NCBI RefSeq assembly: GCF_017643905.1
Contig: NZ_JAEPMO010000002.1
Location: 356 to 64,355, forward strand
Length of the DNA: 64,000 nucleotides
Direction of reading: 5' to 3'
DNA from: Marivita sp.
Lineage (GTDB): Bacteria; Pseudomonadota; Alphaproteobacteria; Rhodobacterales; Rhodobacteraceae
Program-made: the position numbers and the translations under genes
Shown here: piece after piece, positions 20,580-30,196 of the stretch
How the letters are laid out: each line of letters opens with the position of its first letter
Numbering within the stretch: position 1 is the first letter of the stretch
The notes under the pieces: generated by a model
What the model saw: only the letters and a program-made list of their open reading frames with translations
What the model was told of the DNA's origin: nothing
Database searches by the model: none

Positions 20580-20772
20580 ACGCGCTGCCCCCCAGTGACG
20601 CGTCCCTCGACCAATCTCTCAAAAAAACAAACCTGCACCCACCCCTGAGCACAGGTCTTCATGCGGTTTAAAGGGTGTCAGCCGCTGTAAAGTCGCATGT
20701 CCGGCGCACGATAACGCCCAATCCTGCGCAGGCAAAGCAGGAATGTCAGACTGTTCAAGATTTTCTGCGTTA

Positions 20773-21429
20773 TCAGTGGGTTCCGATTGTCAGCGCATAC
20801 TGACAAACCTGATGCCCCGGCATCGCGCAACAGGCCGTTTCAATGCATTGGGCACGGGGATGCACCAAAGACCGATACAGATGCTCGAACACGGCGGCAT
20901 GCCAATGGCAGAGCGGCAGGTCGCTGTGTTCGCCCTGAACGATGGGATTGTGAGCGATTTCAAACTTCCATGGGCTGATGGCCGTGAAGGCGCCTGACCC
21001 GGCAAAGGTCCAGGCATGTTTGCCGATGGCCGCAGACAAGGCACGGGCGGCGAATGGCGCAGGCAACAGCCTGAGCACACCCTGAACCGGTTTGGGGATG
21101 CGATGCGCAAGGATGTACTCGGCTGTTCCCCGCCCAGCGCGAGCGGCAAGTTCGGCCGCCATCTCGGGCTCATCCCGGCGCAACACCTGATGGAGCCGCG
21201 CCGCATCGCCTTCGGGGATCATCTGCGTGCCGTCCGGCACCTCGAACACCCCTGCTTCGGCCAGCATCTGCACCACCCGCGCCTCGCCGCCGATCCGTTC
21301 GATCTGTGGCAGAAGCTGCAGGATGGCGTTGGGCCCGATCAGCGCGCCAGCGTGGCTAGTTGCGCGGGCATCCTCAGACGTCCTCCATTTGCTGCGAACC
21401 CCCTCCGCAGGCCTTGATCTCGGCCCCAT
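20773..21429 (-). CDS. bchJ: bacteriochlorophyll 4-vinyl reductase-family protein BchJ (V4R domain)
   Basis: 218 aa. It has [10 protein letters not shown] near the N-terminus, a Cys-rich C-terminus, and sits directly after bchE. Its ATG at 21429 overlaps the bchE 3' end by 56 nt. Confidence 0.75.
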   Translation of the reverse strand: MGPRSRPAEGVRSKWRTSEDARATSHAGALIGPNAILQLLPQIERIGGEARVVQMLAEAGVFEVPDGTQMIPEGDAARLHQVLRRDEPEMAAELAARAGRGTAEYILAHRIPKPVQGVLRLLPAPFAARALSAAIGKHAWTFAGSGAFTAISPWKFEIAHNPIVQGEHSDLPLCHWHAAVFEHLYRSLVHPRAQCIETACCAMPGHQVCQYALTIGTH

Positions 21430-23038
21430 TGGGCATCTTGAAATCCTGCGTGCGTTCGGCCGAGCGTTCCTTCATCTGCGCCTTAACTGCTTCGCGGCGT
21501 TCCTTGGCCGCAGCGGCCTTGTCGGCAGAGGACACCCAATCCTCCATCTGCGCCTCGGCGATGGTGCGGCTGTCGTCGAATTGGAAGTCGAGCTTGTTCT
21601 TGGATTGCGGGCCAGTGTAGCCCACTTTGCCCAGATCGTAGAACGTGCGCCCCACACCCGCCTTGAGGAAGGCGTAAAGACAGCCCAGCAGATACCTCCG
21701 CCGGAAGCCAGTGCCCCGCCATGGGTAATGGAAGAGCGCCTTTTTCATGTAGAACCGGCGGTAGTTGTTCATCACGCCATCGAGCAATTCCCCGCGCTCC
21801 ATCGCGGCAGGTTTCATGATGGGTGTAACAAAGTTATAGCGACTGAAATCAAAGACTTCGACTTGATCCTTCAACTCCTGGAAGAGCGGCGTGAAAGGCC
21901 ACGGCGTGTACATCGACCAGTTCGCGAGATCAGGCTGCCAGTCCCACGCCATCTGGTAGGTCTCTTCCAGCGTCTCAGGCGTTTCGTTGTCGAGACCCAC
22001 GATGAACTGCGCTTCGACCAGAATGTCAGCCTCGCGCAGCAGGCGGATCGCGGTCTTGTTTTCGTCGACCTTGGTTTCCTTGTTGAAGATATCGAGCTTC
22101 ATCTGCGCCGCAGCCTCGGTGCCAAGCGACACGTGCACCAGACCCGCCTTGCGATAGAACTTGAGCAGATCGCGGTCGCGGTAGATGTCGGTCACGCGGG
22201 TGTTGATGCCCCACTTGACCTTGTCCGGCAGGCCCCGGTCGATCAGTTCCTGACAGAAGGCGACGAATTTCTTTTTGTTGATGGTTGGTTCTTCGTCGGC
22301 AAGGATGAAGAAGCCAACGCCGTGGTTTTCCACCAGATCCTCGATCTCATCCACCACATCCTTGGGATCGCGCACGCGGTAGTCGCGCCAGAATTTCCAC
22401 TGCGAACAGAAGGAACATGTAAAGGGACAGCCACGCGCAAGGTTGGGGATCGCCACGCGCGTGCCCAGCGGGATGTAGATGTATTTGTCCCACTCCAGAA
22501 CGGTCCAGTCGGGTTTGATCTTGGACAGATCCTTGACCGTGCTCGCCGCCGGGGTTGCGACGATCTGGTCGCCATCCATGAAGGCGAGACCCTTGATATT
22601 GTGCTTGTCCGCAGGCCAGCGCCCGTCTTCGATGGCGAGCATCAGTTCGGTGCAAATCTCCTCGCCCTCGCCGCGCACGATCACATCGACCCACGGCGCC
22701 TCGGACAGGACCTGCTTGTACATGAAGGTCGCGTGCACCCCGCCCAGCATCCGCACGGCGTTCGGCACAACCTCGCTCGCGACCTTGAGCACATCCTCGG
22801 CGCGGTAAATCGACGGGGTGATCGCGGTCACACCCACCACGTCAGGCTTGATCTCTTCCATGCGCTTGGCCAGATCAGCGTCAGACACGTTGTCGGTCAT
22901 GGCATCAATGAAATGGATGTCGTCGAACCCCGCCTGTCGCAGATGGCCAGACAGATATGCCACCCAAGCCGGTGGCCAGGTGCCCGCGATCTCGGCACCG
23001 CCAGAGCGGTAATTCGGATGGACAAACAAAATGCGCAT
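21374..23038 (-). CDS. bchE: Mg-protoporphyrin IX monomethyl ester anaerobic oxidative cyclase (B12-binding radical SAM)
   Basis: 554 aa with [29 protein letters not shown] (B12-binding domain) and radical-SAM [18 protein letters not shown] lies 5 nt upstream of the ATG. Confidence 0.9.
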   Translation of the reverse strand: MRILFVHPNYRSGGAEIAGTWPPAWVAYLSGHLRQAGFDDIHFIDAMTDNVSDADLAKRMEEIKPDVVGVTAITPSIYRAEDVLKVASEVVPNAVRMLGGVHATFMYKQVLSEAPWVDVIVRGEGEEICTELMLAIEDGRWPADKHNIKGLAFMDGDQIVATPAASTVKDLSKIKPDWTVLEWDKYIYIPLGTRVAIPNLARGCPFTCSFCSQWKFWRDYRVRDPKDVVDEIEDLVENHGVGFFILADEEPTINKKKFVAFCQELIDRGLPDKVKWGINTRVTDIYRDRDLLKFYRKAGLVHVSLGTEAAAQMKLDIFNKETKVDENKTAIRLLREADILVEAQFIVGLDNETPETLEETYQMAWDWQPDLANWSMYTPWPFTPLFQELKDQVEVFDFSRYNFVTPIMKPAAMERGELLDGVMNNYRRFYMKKALFHYPWRGTGFRRRYLLGCLYAFLKAGVGRTFYDLGKVGYTGPQSKNKLDFQFDDSRTIAEAQMEDWVSSADKAAAAKERREAVKAQMKERSAERTQDFKMPNGAEIKACGGGSQQMEDV

Positions 23039-23056
23039 GGCGACTCTCCCAGTTTA

Positions 23057-23074
23057 TGTCAACTTATCCTGACA
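23057..23074. promoter_or_regulatory. PpsR/CrtJ-type palindrome TGTC-N10-GACA upstream of bchE
   Basis: TGTCAACTTATCCTGACA lies 19-36 nt upstream of the bchE ATG. Confidence 0.45.
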
Positions 23075-23093
23075 TCTTGTGCGTCTGATTTAA

Positions 23094-23107
23094 TTGACAT
23101 GGATCAA
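23094..23107. promoter_or_regulatory. FNR/FnrL-type box upstream of bchE
   Basis: TTGAC-ATGG-ATCAA matches the TTGAT-N4-ATCAA consensus at 9 of 10 positions. It is centred about 62 nt upstream of the bchE ATG. Confidence 0.5.
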
Positions 23108-23176
23108 AATGCCGGAGGGCCTTTTCCGTGGCGGCGTCTGTGCTAGCCTTCACACAACCAAAAAGGAGGCATTCAG

Positions 23177-23869
23177 ATGAACATCATATGGCTTGGGCAC
23201 GGATCGTTCCGGATCGAGGTTGGCGATCAGGTGCTGCTGATCGACCCGTGGCTGAACGGCAATCCGATGATGGAGGGACACGACAAGGAAGCGGCGATTG
23301 CGGGAGCGACGCATATCCTTGTGACCCACGGGCACGGCGATCACACCGCCGATGTCGTCGAAATCTCGGGAAAAACCGGTGCGCCGGTGTCGGGCATGGT
23401 TGAACTGGCGCAGACTCTGTACGCTGCGGGCGCAACCAAGGGACATGCTTTCAACAAAGGCGGAACCATCACCTTGGGCAATGTGGCGGCGACACTGGTA
23501 CCCGCCTCGCATTCCTCATCGATGGAGGTCGACGGCACAAAGCGCTACATGGGGATGGAGACTGGCTTCATCCTGCGCGGCGATGGCAAGACGCTCTATT
23601 TCTCAGGCGATACGTCGATCATGGCCGATATGGACTGGATCGGGGATTACTACAAACCCGATATCGGTATCCTGTCAGCAGGTGGCTACTACACGATGGA
23701 CATGGCAGGCGTGGCCTATGCGGCGAAACGGTATTTCGACTTCAAGACGCTGATCCCATGTCACTACCGGACCTTCCCCGCGCTAGAGCAATCCGCTGAA
23801 GGTCTGGTGCGCGCATTGCCGGAGGTGGATGTGATCGAGCCGCAGGTGATGCAGGCGATCACCGTCTGA
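23177..23869 (+). CDS. UPF0173-type metal-dependent hydrolase (MBL fold)
   Basis: 230 aa with MNIIWLGHGSF and the HGHGDH metal motif. A strong AAAGGAGG Shine-Dalgarno precedes it. Confidence 0.85.
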   Translation: MNIIWLGHGSFRIEVGDQVLLIDPWLNGNPMMEGHDKEAAIAGATHILVTHGHGDHTADVVEISGKTGAPVSGMVELAQTLYAAGATKGHAFNKGGTITLGNVAATLVPASHSSSMEVDGTKRYMGMETGFILRGDGKTLYFSGDTSIMADMDWIGDYYKPDIGILSAGGYYTMDMAGVAYAAKRYFDFKTLIPCHYRTFPALEQSAEGLVRALPEVDVIEPQVMQAITV

Positions 23870-23887
23870 GCATGCCATCCCAGAGAT

Positions 23888-23918
23888 AAGGCCGGGGAAT
23901 GCGATATTACCCGGCCTT
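23888..23918. terminator. hairpin between convergent hydrolase and OmpA-family genes
   Basis: AAGGCCGGG-N13-CCCGGCCTT followed by TG. Confidence 0.4.
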
Positions 23919-23952
23919 TGCCCCAACTCAAAAATTAACGCGGTTAACCTGT

Positions 23953-25824
23953 TCAGCTGCCCTGCAACAGCGGCGTGATCCGACGCACAGCTGCACGGCG
24001 ATTGGCACGCTCTGACACTTGCGTTTCGATCAGAAGATCGCCTTCACCGTAGCCTTGAAGCACCATGTTTTCTGGCGGCACATCGAAATATTCGGTCAAG
24101 GCCAGTGCCACCGACTCGGCGCGGCGATCCGAAAGCGCAAGGTTGAATGCGTAGTTCCCCACCGCATCGGTATGGCCTTCGATCAGGAACACCTCGCCGG
24201 GATTGCGGTCGATGGCGACGCGCATCGCGTTACCCAAGGCGCGCAGTTCTTCGGCCTCTTCGGCACGGATAGCGGCACTACCGGTCTCAAAATTGATGCT
24301 GCTCACCGTCACCTCCGGCACCAGTTCGCGCACCCGGTCGATGTTCCGAACCTGATTGAGAGAAAAGCGGCGCGTGATCTGAGTGTCCGATTGCGTTGCC
24401 AGCGCCCGTTCCAATTGATCCGCATCCGAACCACCTTCGTAGATCACGCGGTTCCGGGTTCCGGATTCCGTGGTCTGCGGCAGGTCGTTCACCACCACCT
24501 GCTCGGTTTCCCGTGTGTCGTCAAACAGGACGACTTCGGTGCCGTCCTGCAACGTCCGGGTCCGGCGTAGAACCTGACCATTGGCGGCGCGCACTGTCTC
24601 GACGACCGTGCCGTCATCATAGCTCACAACGTTGCGAGTCGACCCGTCATTGTATTCATACGTCGTGATTTCGGCACCGGGACGGCGCAGCAACACATCG
24701 TCATTGCGCAAGACACGATACTGACCGTTGTTTTCGATAACCACACGGTCGCCACTGTTCGAGACGACTTCATCATCGCCTTGCAGGATATCGGCAAGAA
24801 CAGCCGCCCCAAAAGCTGCAGCGCCCAAGGCAAAAATCGGGTCGATGCCGTCATCATCGTCATCGTCTTCGTTGCGCGCCTCTTGTGTTTCCGTGTTGGT
24901 TTCGGTCTCCGGTGCCTGCGTCACATCCGTCTCGAAATCTTCTGTGGATTGGCGCACGTTGTCCTGCGTCACGGTCTCCTGTCGCGCCTCAGGTTCCTCT
25001 GCATCAGACCCCGCTCCCGCAGCGGCACTTTGCATCGCCCGGTTTTCGCTTTCCGCCACGGCGGCAGCCTGAGCCTCTGCGTCGAGCTCAGGAACTTCCG
25101 GAGAATTGGCAGTTGCTGTGTCGGCTGCTGGATCAGCAGGCTCATCGGCCGACGCGGTTTCGTTTTCCGAAGCGTTGCCCTGTTCAAGGGCCTGAGCCAA
25201 ATCGTCATTGGCAGTTTCACCGGAAGTCTGGGCAGGTGTCTCCGTATCCTGCGCGGTCTCTTGATCAGTCTGTGCGATCGCGGTTGCGTCAGTCGACGCG
25301 TCCGCAGTCACGGCCTGCTCCGGATCAGTGGCCTCTTCCTCGAGCGATTGAGCCAGCTCTTCCGTCTCGGGGGCTGCATTGGGCGACGCAGGTTCAGCAA
25401 CCTCAGCATCGGTTTCCTGAGTTTCGGCTTGCGGCTCGACAGCACTCTCAGCGGTATCGGCAGGCTGCGGTGCCGGGGACGCATCGGCGGTCGCTGCGGT
25501 GCTTTCGTCCTGTGCGTTTGCACCACGGGCAAGGAATTGCTCCAGATTCACACCAGGCAATTCAACGCCTGCCTCCAACATGGACTCGGCCATGTCCACA
25601 ACCTGCGGTTCAAGCGAGGGGTCGGACGATGCCGCTGCGACAAGCGTGCAGTTCAACGTGTTCGGCTGCTCGGCGTCGGCTTCACACTGATCGACCAGCG
25701 CTTGCAGCAGTTGTTTCATTTGACCCGGCGGCAGAGTCCCCTCTGCCTGTTGGGCCGCCACCGGACCACTCAGGGCGATCATCAGTGCTGTGGCCGAAGC
25801 TGTCATCAGTTTGACCGATGTCAT
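23953..25824 (-). CDS. OmpA-family protein with a long, extremely acidic low-complexity region
   Basis: The ATG at 25824 gives the signal peptide MTSVKLMTASATALMIALSGPVAAQQ. The C-terminal OmpA_C domain reads FETGSAAI...IEGHTDAVGNYAFNLALSDRRAESV. The middle ~300 aa are rich in E/D/T/A/Q and include a D6 run. Confidence 0.85.
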   Translation of the reverse strand: MTSVKLMTASATALMIALSGPVAAQQAEGTLPPGQMKQLLQALVDQCEADAEQPNTLNCTLVAAASSDPSLEPQVVDMAESMLEAGVELPGVNLEQFLARGANAQDESTAATADASPAPQPADTAESAVEPQAETQETDAEVAEPASPNAAPETEELAQSLEEEATDPEQAVTADASTDATAIAQTDQETAQDTETPAQTSGETANDDLAQALEQGNASENETASADEPADPAADTATANSPEVPELDAEAQAAAVAESENRAMQSAAAGAGSDAEEPEARQETVTQDNVRQSTEDFETDVTQAPETETNTETQEARNEDDDDDDGIDPIFALGAAAFGAAVLADILQGDDEVVSNSGDRVVIENNGQYRVLRNDDVLLRRPGAEITTYEYNDGSTRNVVSYDDGTVVETVRAANGQVLRRTRTLQDGTEVVLFDDTRETEQVVVNDLPQTTESGTRNRVIYEGGSDADQLERALATQSDTQITRRFSLNQVRNIDRVRELVPEVTVSSINFETGSAAIRAEEAEELRALGNAMRVAIDRNPGEVFLIEGHTDAVGNYAFNLALSDRRAESVALALTEYFDVPPENMVLQGYGEGDLLIETQVSERANRRAAVRRITPLLQGS

Positions 25825-25999
25825 GGCGTTCTCCTTTGAAATGTCCAATGGGATCTGTGAGGAGAACGTGAGGTTGGGTTGTTTTGTTCCGCCGAGATCC
25901 CTGCCAAAGACAACAGGCCCCACCTGACGTTCAGGAGGGGCCCGCTAAATCTTCTTTCATTCAAAAGACTATGTCCGGCTCTGAGGCTGGGCAAACATC

Positions 26000-27289
26000 C
26001 TATCTCGAGGCGTTCAGCGCCTTGTTCAGGTCGGCAATCAGGTCAGCCGGATCTTCAATCCCGATGGAGATACGGACCACGCTCGGACCCGCGCCCGCCG
26101 CTTCCTGCTGTTCCGGTGTCAGCTGGCGGTGCGTGGTCGAGGCCGAGTGGATCACAAGGCTGCGCGTGTCGCCAAGGTTCGCCACATGGCTGAAGATCTC
26201 GAGCGAGTCGACGAACTTCACACAGGCGTCATAGCCGCCCTTGAGCTTTACCGTGAACAACCCACCCGCGCCTTTCGGACAAATCCGCGCAACCCGGTCG
26301 TTGTAGGGTGAGGACGGCAGGCCCGCATAGGTCACGGCCTCAACCGCGTCATGGGTTTCAAGCCAGGACGCCACTTCCATCGCGTTCTCGACATGCTTCT
26401 GCATCCGCAGGCTCAGCGTCTCGATCCCCATCAGCGTGTAATGCGCCGCCTGCGGGTTCAGCGTCATGCCCAGATCGCGCAGACCGATGGCGATGCCGTG
26501 GAAGGTGAAGGCCAGCGGGCCAAAGGTCTCGTGGAACTTGAGACCGTGATAGGCGGGCTCTGGCGCGCTGAGCGACGGGAACTTGTCATTGGCGGACCAG
26601 TCGAAACGGCCCGAGTCCACCACGACACCGCCGGTCACGGTGCCGTTGCCGGTGAGGTACTTTGTCATCGAATGCACCACCAATGTGGCGCCATGTTCGA
26701 TCGGGCGACACAGGTACGGCGTGGCCGACGTGTTATCGACAATGAGCGGAATGCCGGCGTCGTCCGAGATCGCGGAGATCGCATCAAGATCGGTGATGTA
26801 GCCGCCCGGGTTGGCGATGGATTCGCAGAACACCGCGCGGGTGTCATCGTTGATCGCCGCCTTGACCGCGTCCAGATCGTCGAAATCGACAAAGTTCGCG
26901 GACCAGCCGAAGCGTTTGATCGTCTGGCTGAACTGGGTGATCGTGCCGCCGTAGAGGCGTGTCGAAGCGACAATGTTCTTGCCCGGCCCCATCAGCGGGA
27001 AAAGCGCCATGATCTGTGCCGCGTGCCCCGAGGAACAGCAGACCGCGCCGACACCGCCTTCGAGGGTCGCAACCCGTTCCTGCAGCGCTGCCACGGTCGG
27101 GTTGGTCAATCGGGAATAGATGTAGCCCACTTCCTGAAGATTGAAGAGCGCCGCAGCGTGATCGGCATCGCGGAACACGTAAGCAGTGGTCTGGTAGATC
27201 GGCACCTGCCGGGCGCCGGTGGCCGGATCGGGCCGAGCGCCCGCATGGATCTGAAGCGTGTCGAAACCGTAGTCGGGTCCGTCGGTCAT
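26000..27289 (-). CDS. metY: O-acetylhomoserine aminocarboxypropyltransferase (sulfhydrylase), PLP-dependent
   Basis: The ATG at 27289 gives MTDGPDYGFDTLQIHAG. It shows full-length Cys/Met-metabolism PLP family similarity and contains SMTKYL (PLP lysine). Confidence 0.9.
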   Translation of the reverse strand: MTDGPDYGFDTLQIHAGARPDPATGARQVPIYQTTAYVFRDADHAAALFNLQEVGYIYSRLTNPTVAALQERVATLEGGVGAVCCSSGHAAQIMALFPLMGPGKNIVASTRLYGGTITQFSQTIKRFGWSANFVDFDDLDAVKAAINDDTRAVFCESIANPGGYITDLDAISAISDDAGIPLIVDNTSATPYLCRPIEHGATLVVHSMTKYLTGNGTVTGGVVVDSGRFDWSANDKFPSLSAPEPAYHGLKFHETFGPLAFTFHGIAIGLRDLGMTLNPQAAHYTLMGIETLSLRMQKHVENAMEVASWLETHDAVEAVTYAGLPSSPYNDRVARICPKGAGGLFTVKLKGGYDACVKFVDSLEIFSHVANLGDTRSLVIHSASTTHRQLTPEQQEAAGAGPSVVRISIGIEDPADLIADLNKALNASR

Positions 27290-27515
27290 GGTTTTCTCCC
27301 CTTTGGAATATCTTGTTGGGCACAGGATTAGGGCATCGCGGGAGGGCTCACAACTGTTGGTATGTGCGAAAAAACGAACGCACGGGGTCACCGGGCTGTG
27401 CAAGGAACGATGTTTCGTATTTGGCGGACAACCCAAAACGCCGGTTCTGTGGGCTTGCAGAGCGTCTGCAATCTGCGACACAAGGAGAACCAACCAGACA
27501 GGAGCCTGCCCCGCC

Positions 27516-28505
27516 ATGACCTTTCCCGCGACCATGACCGCTGTCGAAATTTCCAACCATGGCGGACCCGAGGTCTTGCAGCCCGTGACAGTCCCGGTGC
27601 CCACACCCAAGGCGGGCGAGATCCTCATCAAGGTCGCCTATGCCGGGGTCAACCGCCCCGACGCGCTGCAACGCGCGGGCCTCTATAACCCACCACCCGA
27701 CGCCTCGCCCCTGCCCGGACTCGAGGCCGCTGGGACCGTGGCGGCGGTTGGGCCCGGCGTGTCACGCTGGCAGGTGGGCGATGCGGTAACGGCTCTGCTG
27801 CCTGGTGGCGGCTATGCCGAATACGTCACCACCTACGCGGACCACGCGTTGCCCGTGCCCGAGGGCATGCCGATGGATCAGGCCGCAGCACTGTGCGAGA
27901 CATATTTTACCGTTTGGTCAAATGTGTTCCGGCGCGGCGGATTGAAGGCGGGTGAACGGTTCCTCGTGCATGGCGGCTCAAGCGGCATCGGGACGACCGC
28001 AATCCAACTCGCCGCCTTGCGCGGTGCGCGGGTGTTCACCACCGCCGGTTCGGAGGACAAATGTGCTGCTTGTGTTGGTTTGGGGTCCGAGGCCGCATGG
28101 AACTACCGCGAGGTGGATTTTGTCGATGCGATGCGCGCGATGGGCGGTGCGGATGTGATCCTCGACATGGTCGGCGGCGATTACATCCCGCGCAACGTCA
28201 AGGCGCTGGCCGATGACGGGCGGCTGGTGCAGATCGCGTTTTTGCAAGGCCCCAAGGTCGAGATGAACTTCACCCAGATGATGACTCGGCGGCTGACACT
28301 CACGGGATCAACCCTGCGGCCTCAGTCGGTTGCCGCCAAAGCCGCCATCGCGCGAGATCTGGAAGCCGAGGTCTGGCCGCATCTGGCCTCGGGTCGGATC
28401 GCGCCAGTGATGGACAGCGAGTTTGCACTTGCGGACGCAGCCAAAGCTCATGCGCGGATGGAAGGATCGACCCATATCGGGAAGATCGTGCTGAAGGTGG
28501 AGTGA
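27516..28505 (+). CDS. NAD(P)H:quinone oxidoreductase (zeta-crystallin/PIG3-type MDR)
   Basis: The ATG at 27516 gives MTFPATMTAVEISNHGGPEVL. The nucleotide loop VHGGSSGIGT is present. Confidence 0.85.
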   Translation: MTFPATMTAVEISNHGGPEVLQPVTVPVPTPKAGEILIKVAYAGVNRPDALQRAGLYNPPPDASPLPGLEAAGTVAAVGPGVSRWQVGDAVTALLPGGGYAEYVTTYADHALPVPEGMPMDQAAALCETYFTVWSNVFRRGGLKAGERFLVHGGSSGIGTTAIQLAALRGARVFTTAGSEDKCAACVGLGSEAAWNYREVDFVDAMRAMGGADVILDMVGGDYIPRNVKALADDGRLVQIAFLQGPKVEMNFTQMMTRRLTLTGSTLRPQSVAAKAAIARDLEAEVWPHLASGRIAPVMDSEFALADAAKAHARMEGSTHIGKIVLKVE

Positions 28506-28510
28506 GGCGC

Positions 28511-28532
28511 GAAGGGCTTTCGAAAGCCCTTC
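28511..28532. terminator. perfect 22-nt palindrome between the convergent oxidoreductase gene and glpK
   Basis: GAAGGGCTTTCGAAAGCCCTTC. Confidence 0.5.
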
Positions 28533-28552
28533 AAGTCGCGTCGATGCAGCTT

Positions 28553-30043
28553 TTATCCCGCCAAGCCAATCGTCGCATCAATCGCCCGCTTCCACGCGCC
28601 GTATTTGCGGTTGCGCACGTCCGCCGCCATGTCCGGCTCGAACCTGCCATCCACCGCCCATTGCGCGGCAAACGCCTCCATGTCGGGCAGAACACCTGCC
28701 TTGTAGCCCGCCAGCCACGCTGCCCCCATCGCAGTTGTTTCCAGCACCTTCGGCCGTTCGACGGGCGCGTCGATGATGTCGGACAGGAATTGCATCGTCC
28801 AATCCGACGCGCTCATCCCTCCGTCGACCCGTAACGCGGTTTCGGACTGCCCCGACCAATCCGCCTTCATCGCCTCCAGCAGATCGCGGGTCTGGTATCC
28901 GACGCTTTCCAGCGCGGCGCGGGCGAATTCCTCTGGCCCCGAGTTGCGGGTCAGGCCGAAAATTGCCCCCCGACATTCGGCGTTCCAATACGGTGCGCCA
29001 AGGCCTGTGAAAGCAGGCACCAGCACCACCTCTTGCGTGTCGTCGGCCTTTTCTGCCAGCGGCTGGGTTTCTTTCGCTTCGCGGATGATCTTGAGCCCGT
29101 CGCGCAGCCATTGCACCACCGCCCCCGCGATAAAGATCGACCCTTCCAGCGCATAGGTCGGCTTACCGTCCAACTGATACGCGATGGTCGTCAAAAGCCG
29201 GTTGGTCGAGGTCACGGGCGTGTCGCCGGTGTTCAAAAGCGCGAAACAGCCCGTGCCATAGGTGGATTTCAGCATCCCCGGCTTGAAGCACGCCTGCCCG
29301 ACGGTCGCGGCCTGCTGGTCGCCCGCGATGCCGCAGATCGGGATCGCGCGGCCAAAGAGATCGGCGCGGGTTTCGCCAAAATCGGCGGCGCAGTCTTTGA
29401 CCTCGGGCAGCATCGACATCGGGATGCCCAGCTTGTCACAGATCGTCTTGGACCAGCGGCCTTTGCGGATGTCATAAAGCATCGTGCGCGCGGCGTTGGT
29501 GGCGTCGGTGACATGGACCTTGCCCCCGGTCAGGTTCCACACGAGCCATGTGTCCACGGTGCCAAAGGCCAGCTCTCCAGCCTCGGCACGCGCGCGGACA
29601 CCGTCCACATTGTCGAGAATCCACGCCAGTTTCGTGCCGCTGAAATAGGGGTCGAGCAGCAGGCCGGTACGGTCGGTCACCACCTCTTCGAACCCTTCGG
29701 CCTTCAGCCCTTTGCAGAACTCGGATGTGCGGCGGTCCTGCCAGACAATGGCGTTGAACACAGGCTTGCCTGTGGCGCGGTCCCAGACCAGCGTGGTTTC
29801 ACGCTGGTTGGTGATGCCAATGGCGGCGATGTCAGCGGTTCCGCCGCCGGCCTTTTCGATGGCGGCGCGGCAGGTGGCGGCAGTGGTGGACCACAGGTCC
29901 GACGGGTCATGTTCAACCCAGCCGCTTTGCGGATAGTGCTGGGTGAATTCTTCCTGCGCCGAGGCAACGACGGTCAGGGTTTCGTCAAACAGGATGGCGC
30001 GCGTCGAGGTCGTGCCTTGGTCGATGGCAAGGATATGGGTCAT
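28553..30043 (-). CDS. glpK: glycerol kinase
   Basis: 496 aa, [20 protein letters not shown]..., with full-length FGGY kinase/GlpK similarity. Confidence 0.95.
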   Translation of the reverse strand: MTHILAIDQGTTSTRAILFDETLTVVASAQEEFTQHYPQSGWVEHDPSDLWSTTAATCRAAIEKAGGGTADIAAIGITNQRETTLVWDRATGKPVFNAIVWQDRRTSEFCKGLKAEGFEEVVTDRTGLLLDPYFSGTKLAWILDNVDGVRARAEAGELAFGTVDTWLVWNLTGGKVHVTDATNAARTMLYDIRKGRWSKTICDKLGIPMSMLPEVKDCAADFGETRADLFGRAIPICGIAGDQQAATVGQACFKPGMLKSTYGTGCFALLNTGDTPVTSTNRLLTTIAYQLDGKPTYALEGSIFIAGAVVQWLRDGLKIIREAKETQPLAEKADDTQEVVLVPAFTGLGAPYWNAECRGAIFGLTRNSGPEEFARAALESVGYQTRDLLEAMKADWSGQSETALRVDGGMSASDWTMQFLSDIIDAPVERPKVLETTAMGAAWLAGYKAGVLPDMEAFAAQWAVDGRFEPDMAADVRNRKYGAWKRAIDATIGLAG

Positions 30044-30122
30044 GTGCGGCGGGCCTCCCTTTGTCTTTTGGTCAAAGGACCACCCGATGTCACCGGGTGG
30101 TCCGTTTTTGCTGTTCGCGTCG

Positions 30123-30180
30123 TCACCGGGCGTATTCCGGTGATCTCTACGGTCAGAGGCCCTCGGGTCAAGCCCGAGGG
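30123..30180. repeat. composite palindromic intergenic element, copy A
   Basis: TCACCGG-N7-CCGGTGA (30123..30143) plus CCCTCGGG-TCAAG-CCCGAGGG (30160..30180), in the gap between glpK and the binding-protein gene. Confidence 0.7.
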
Positions 30181-30196
30181 CGACCTTGTATCAGGC

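Noticed and set aside
23078-23099. Second PpsR-type site upstream of bchE
   Set aside because: The sequence TGTGCGTCTGATTTAATTGACA has TGT and ACA 16 nt apart, not 12, so it does not fit TGT-N12-ACA.
21227-23146. 639-aa plus-strand ORF
   Set aside because: It is antisense to bchE and has low-complexity Arg/His/Leu-rich composition.
24850-24870. GAT/GAC microsatellite-like run
   Set aside because: It is only six Asp codons inside the acidic OmpA-family gene. It is too short to call a tandem repeat or a contingency locus.
27290-27515. SAM-II riboswitch upstream of metY
   Set aside because: I could not find the conserved 3' AAAGCU element or a matching pseudoknot partner on the minus strand. 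I left it as an open question rather than a call.
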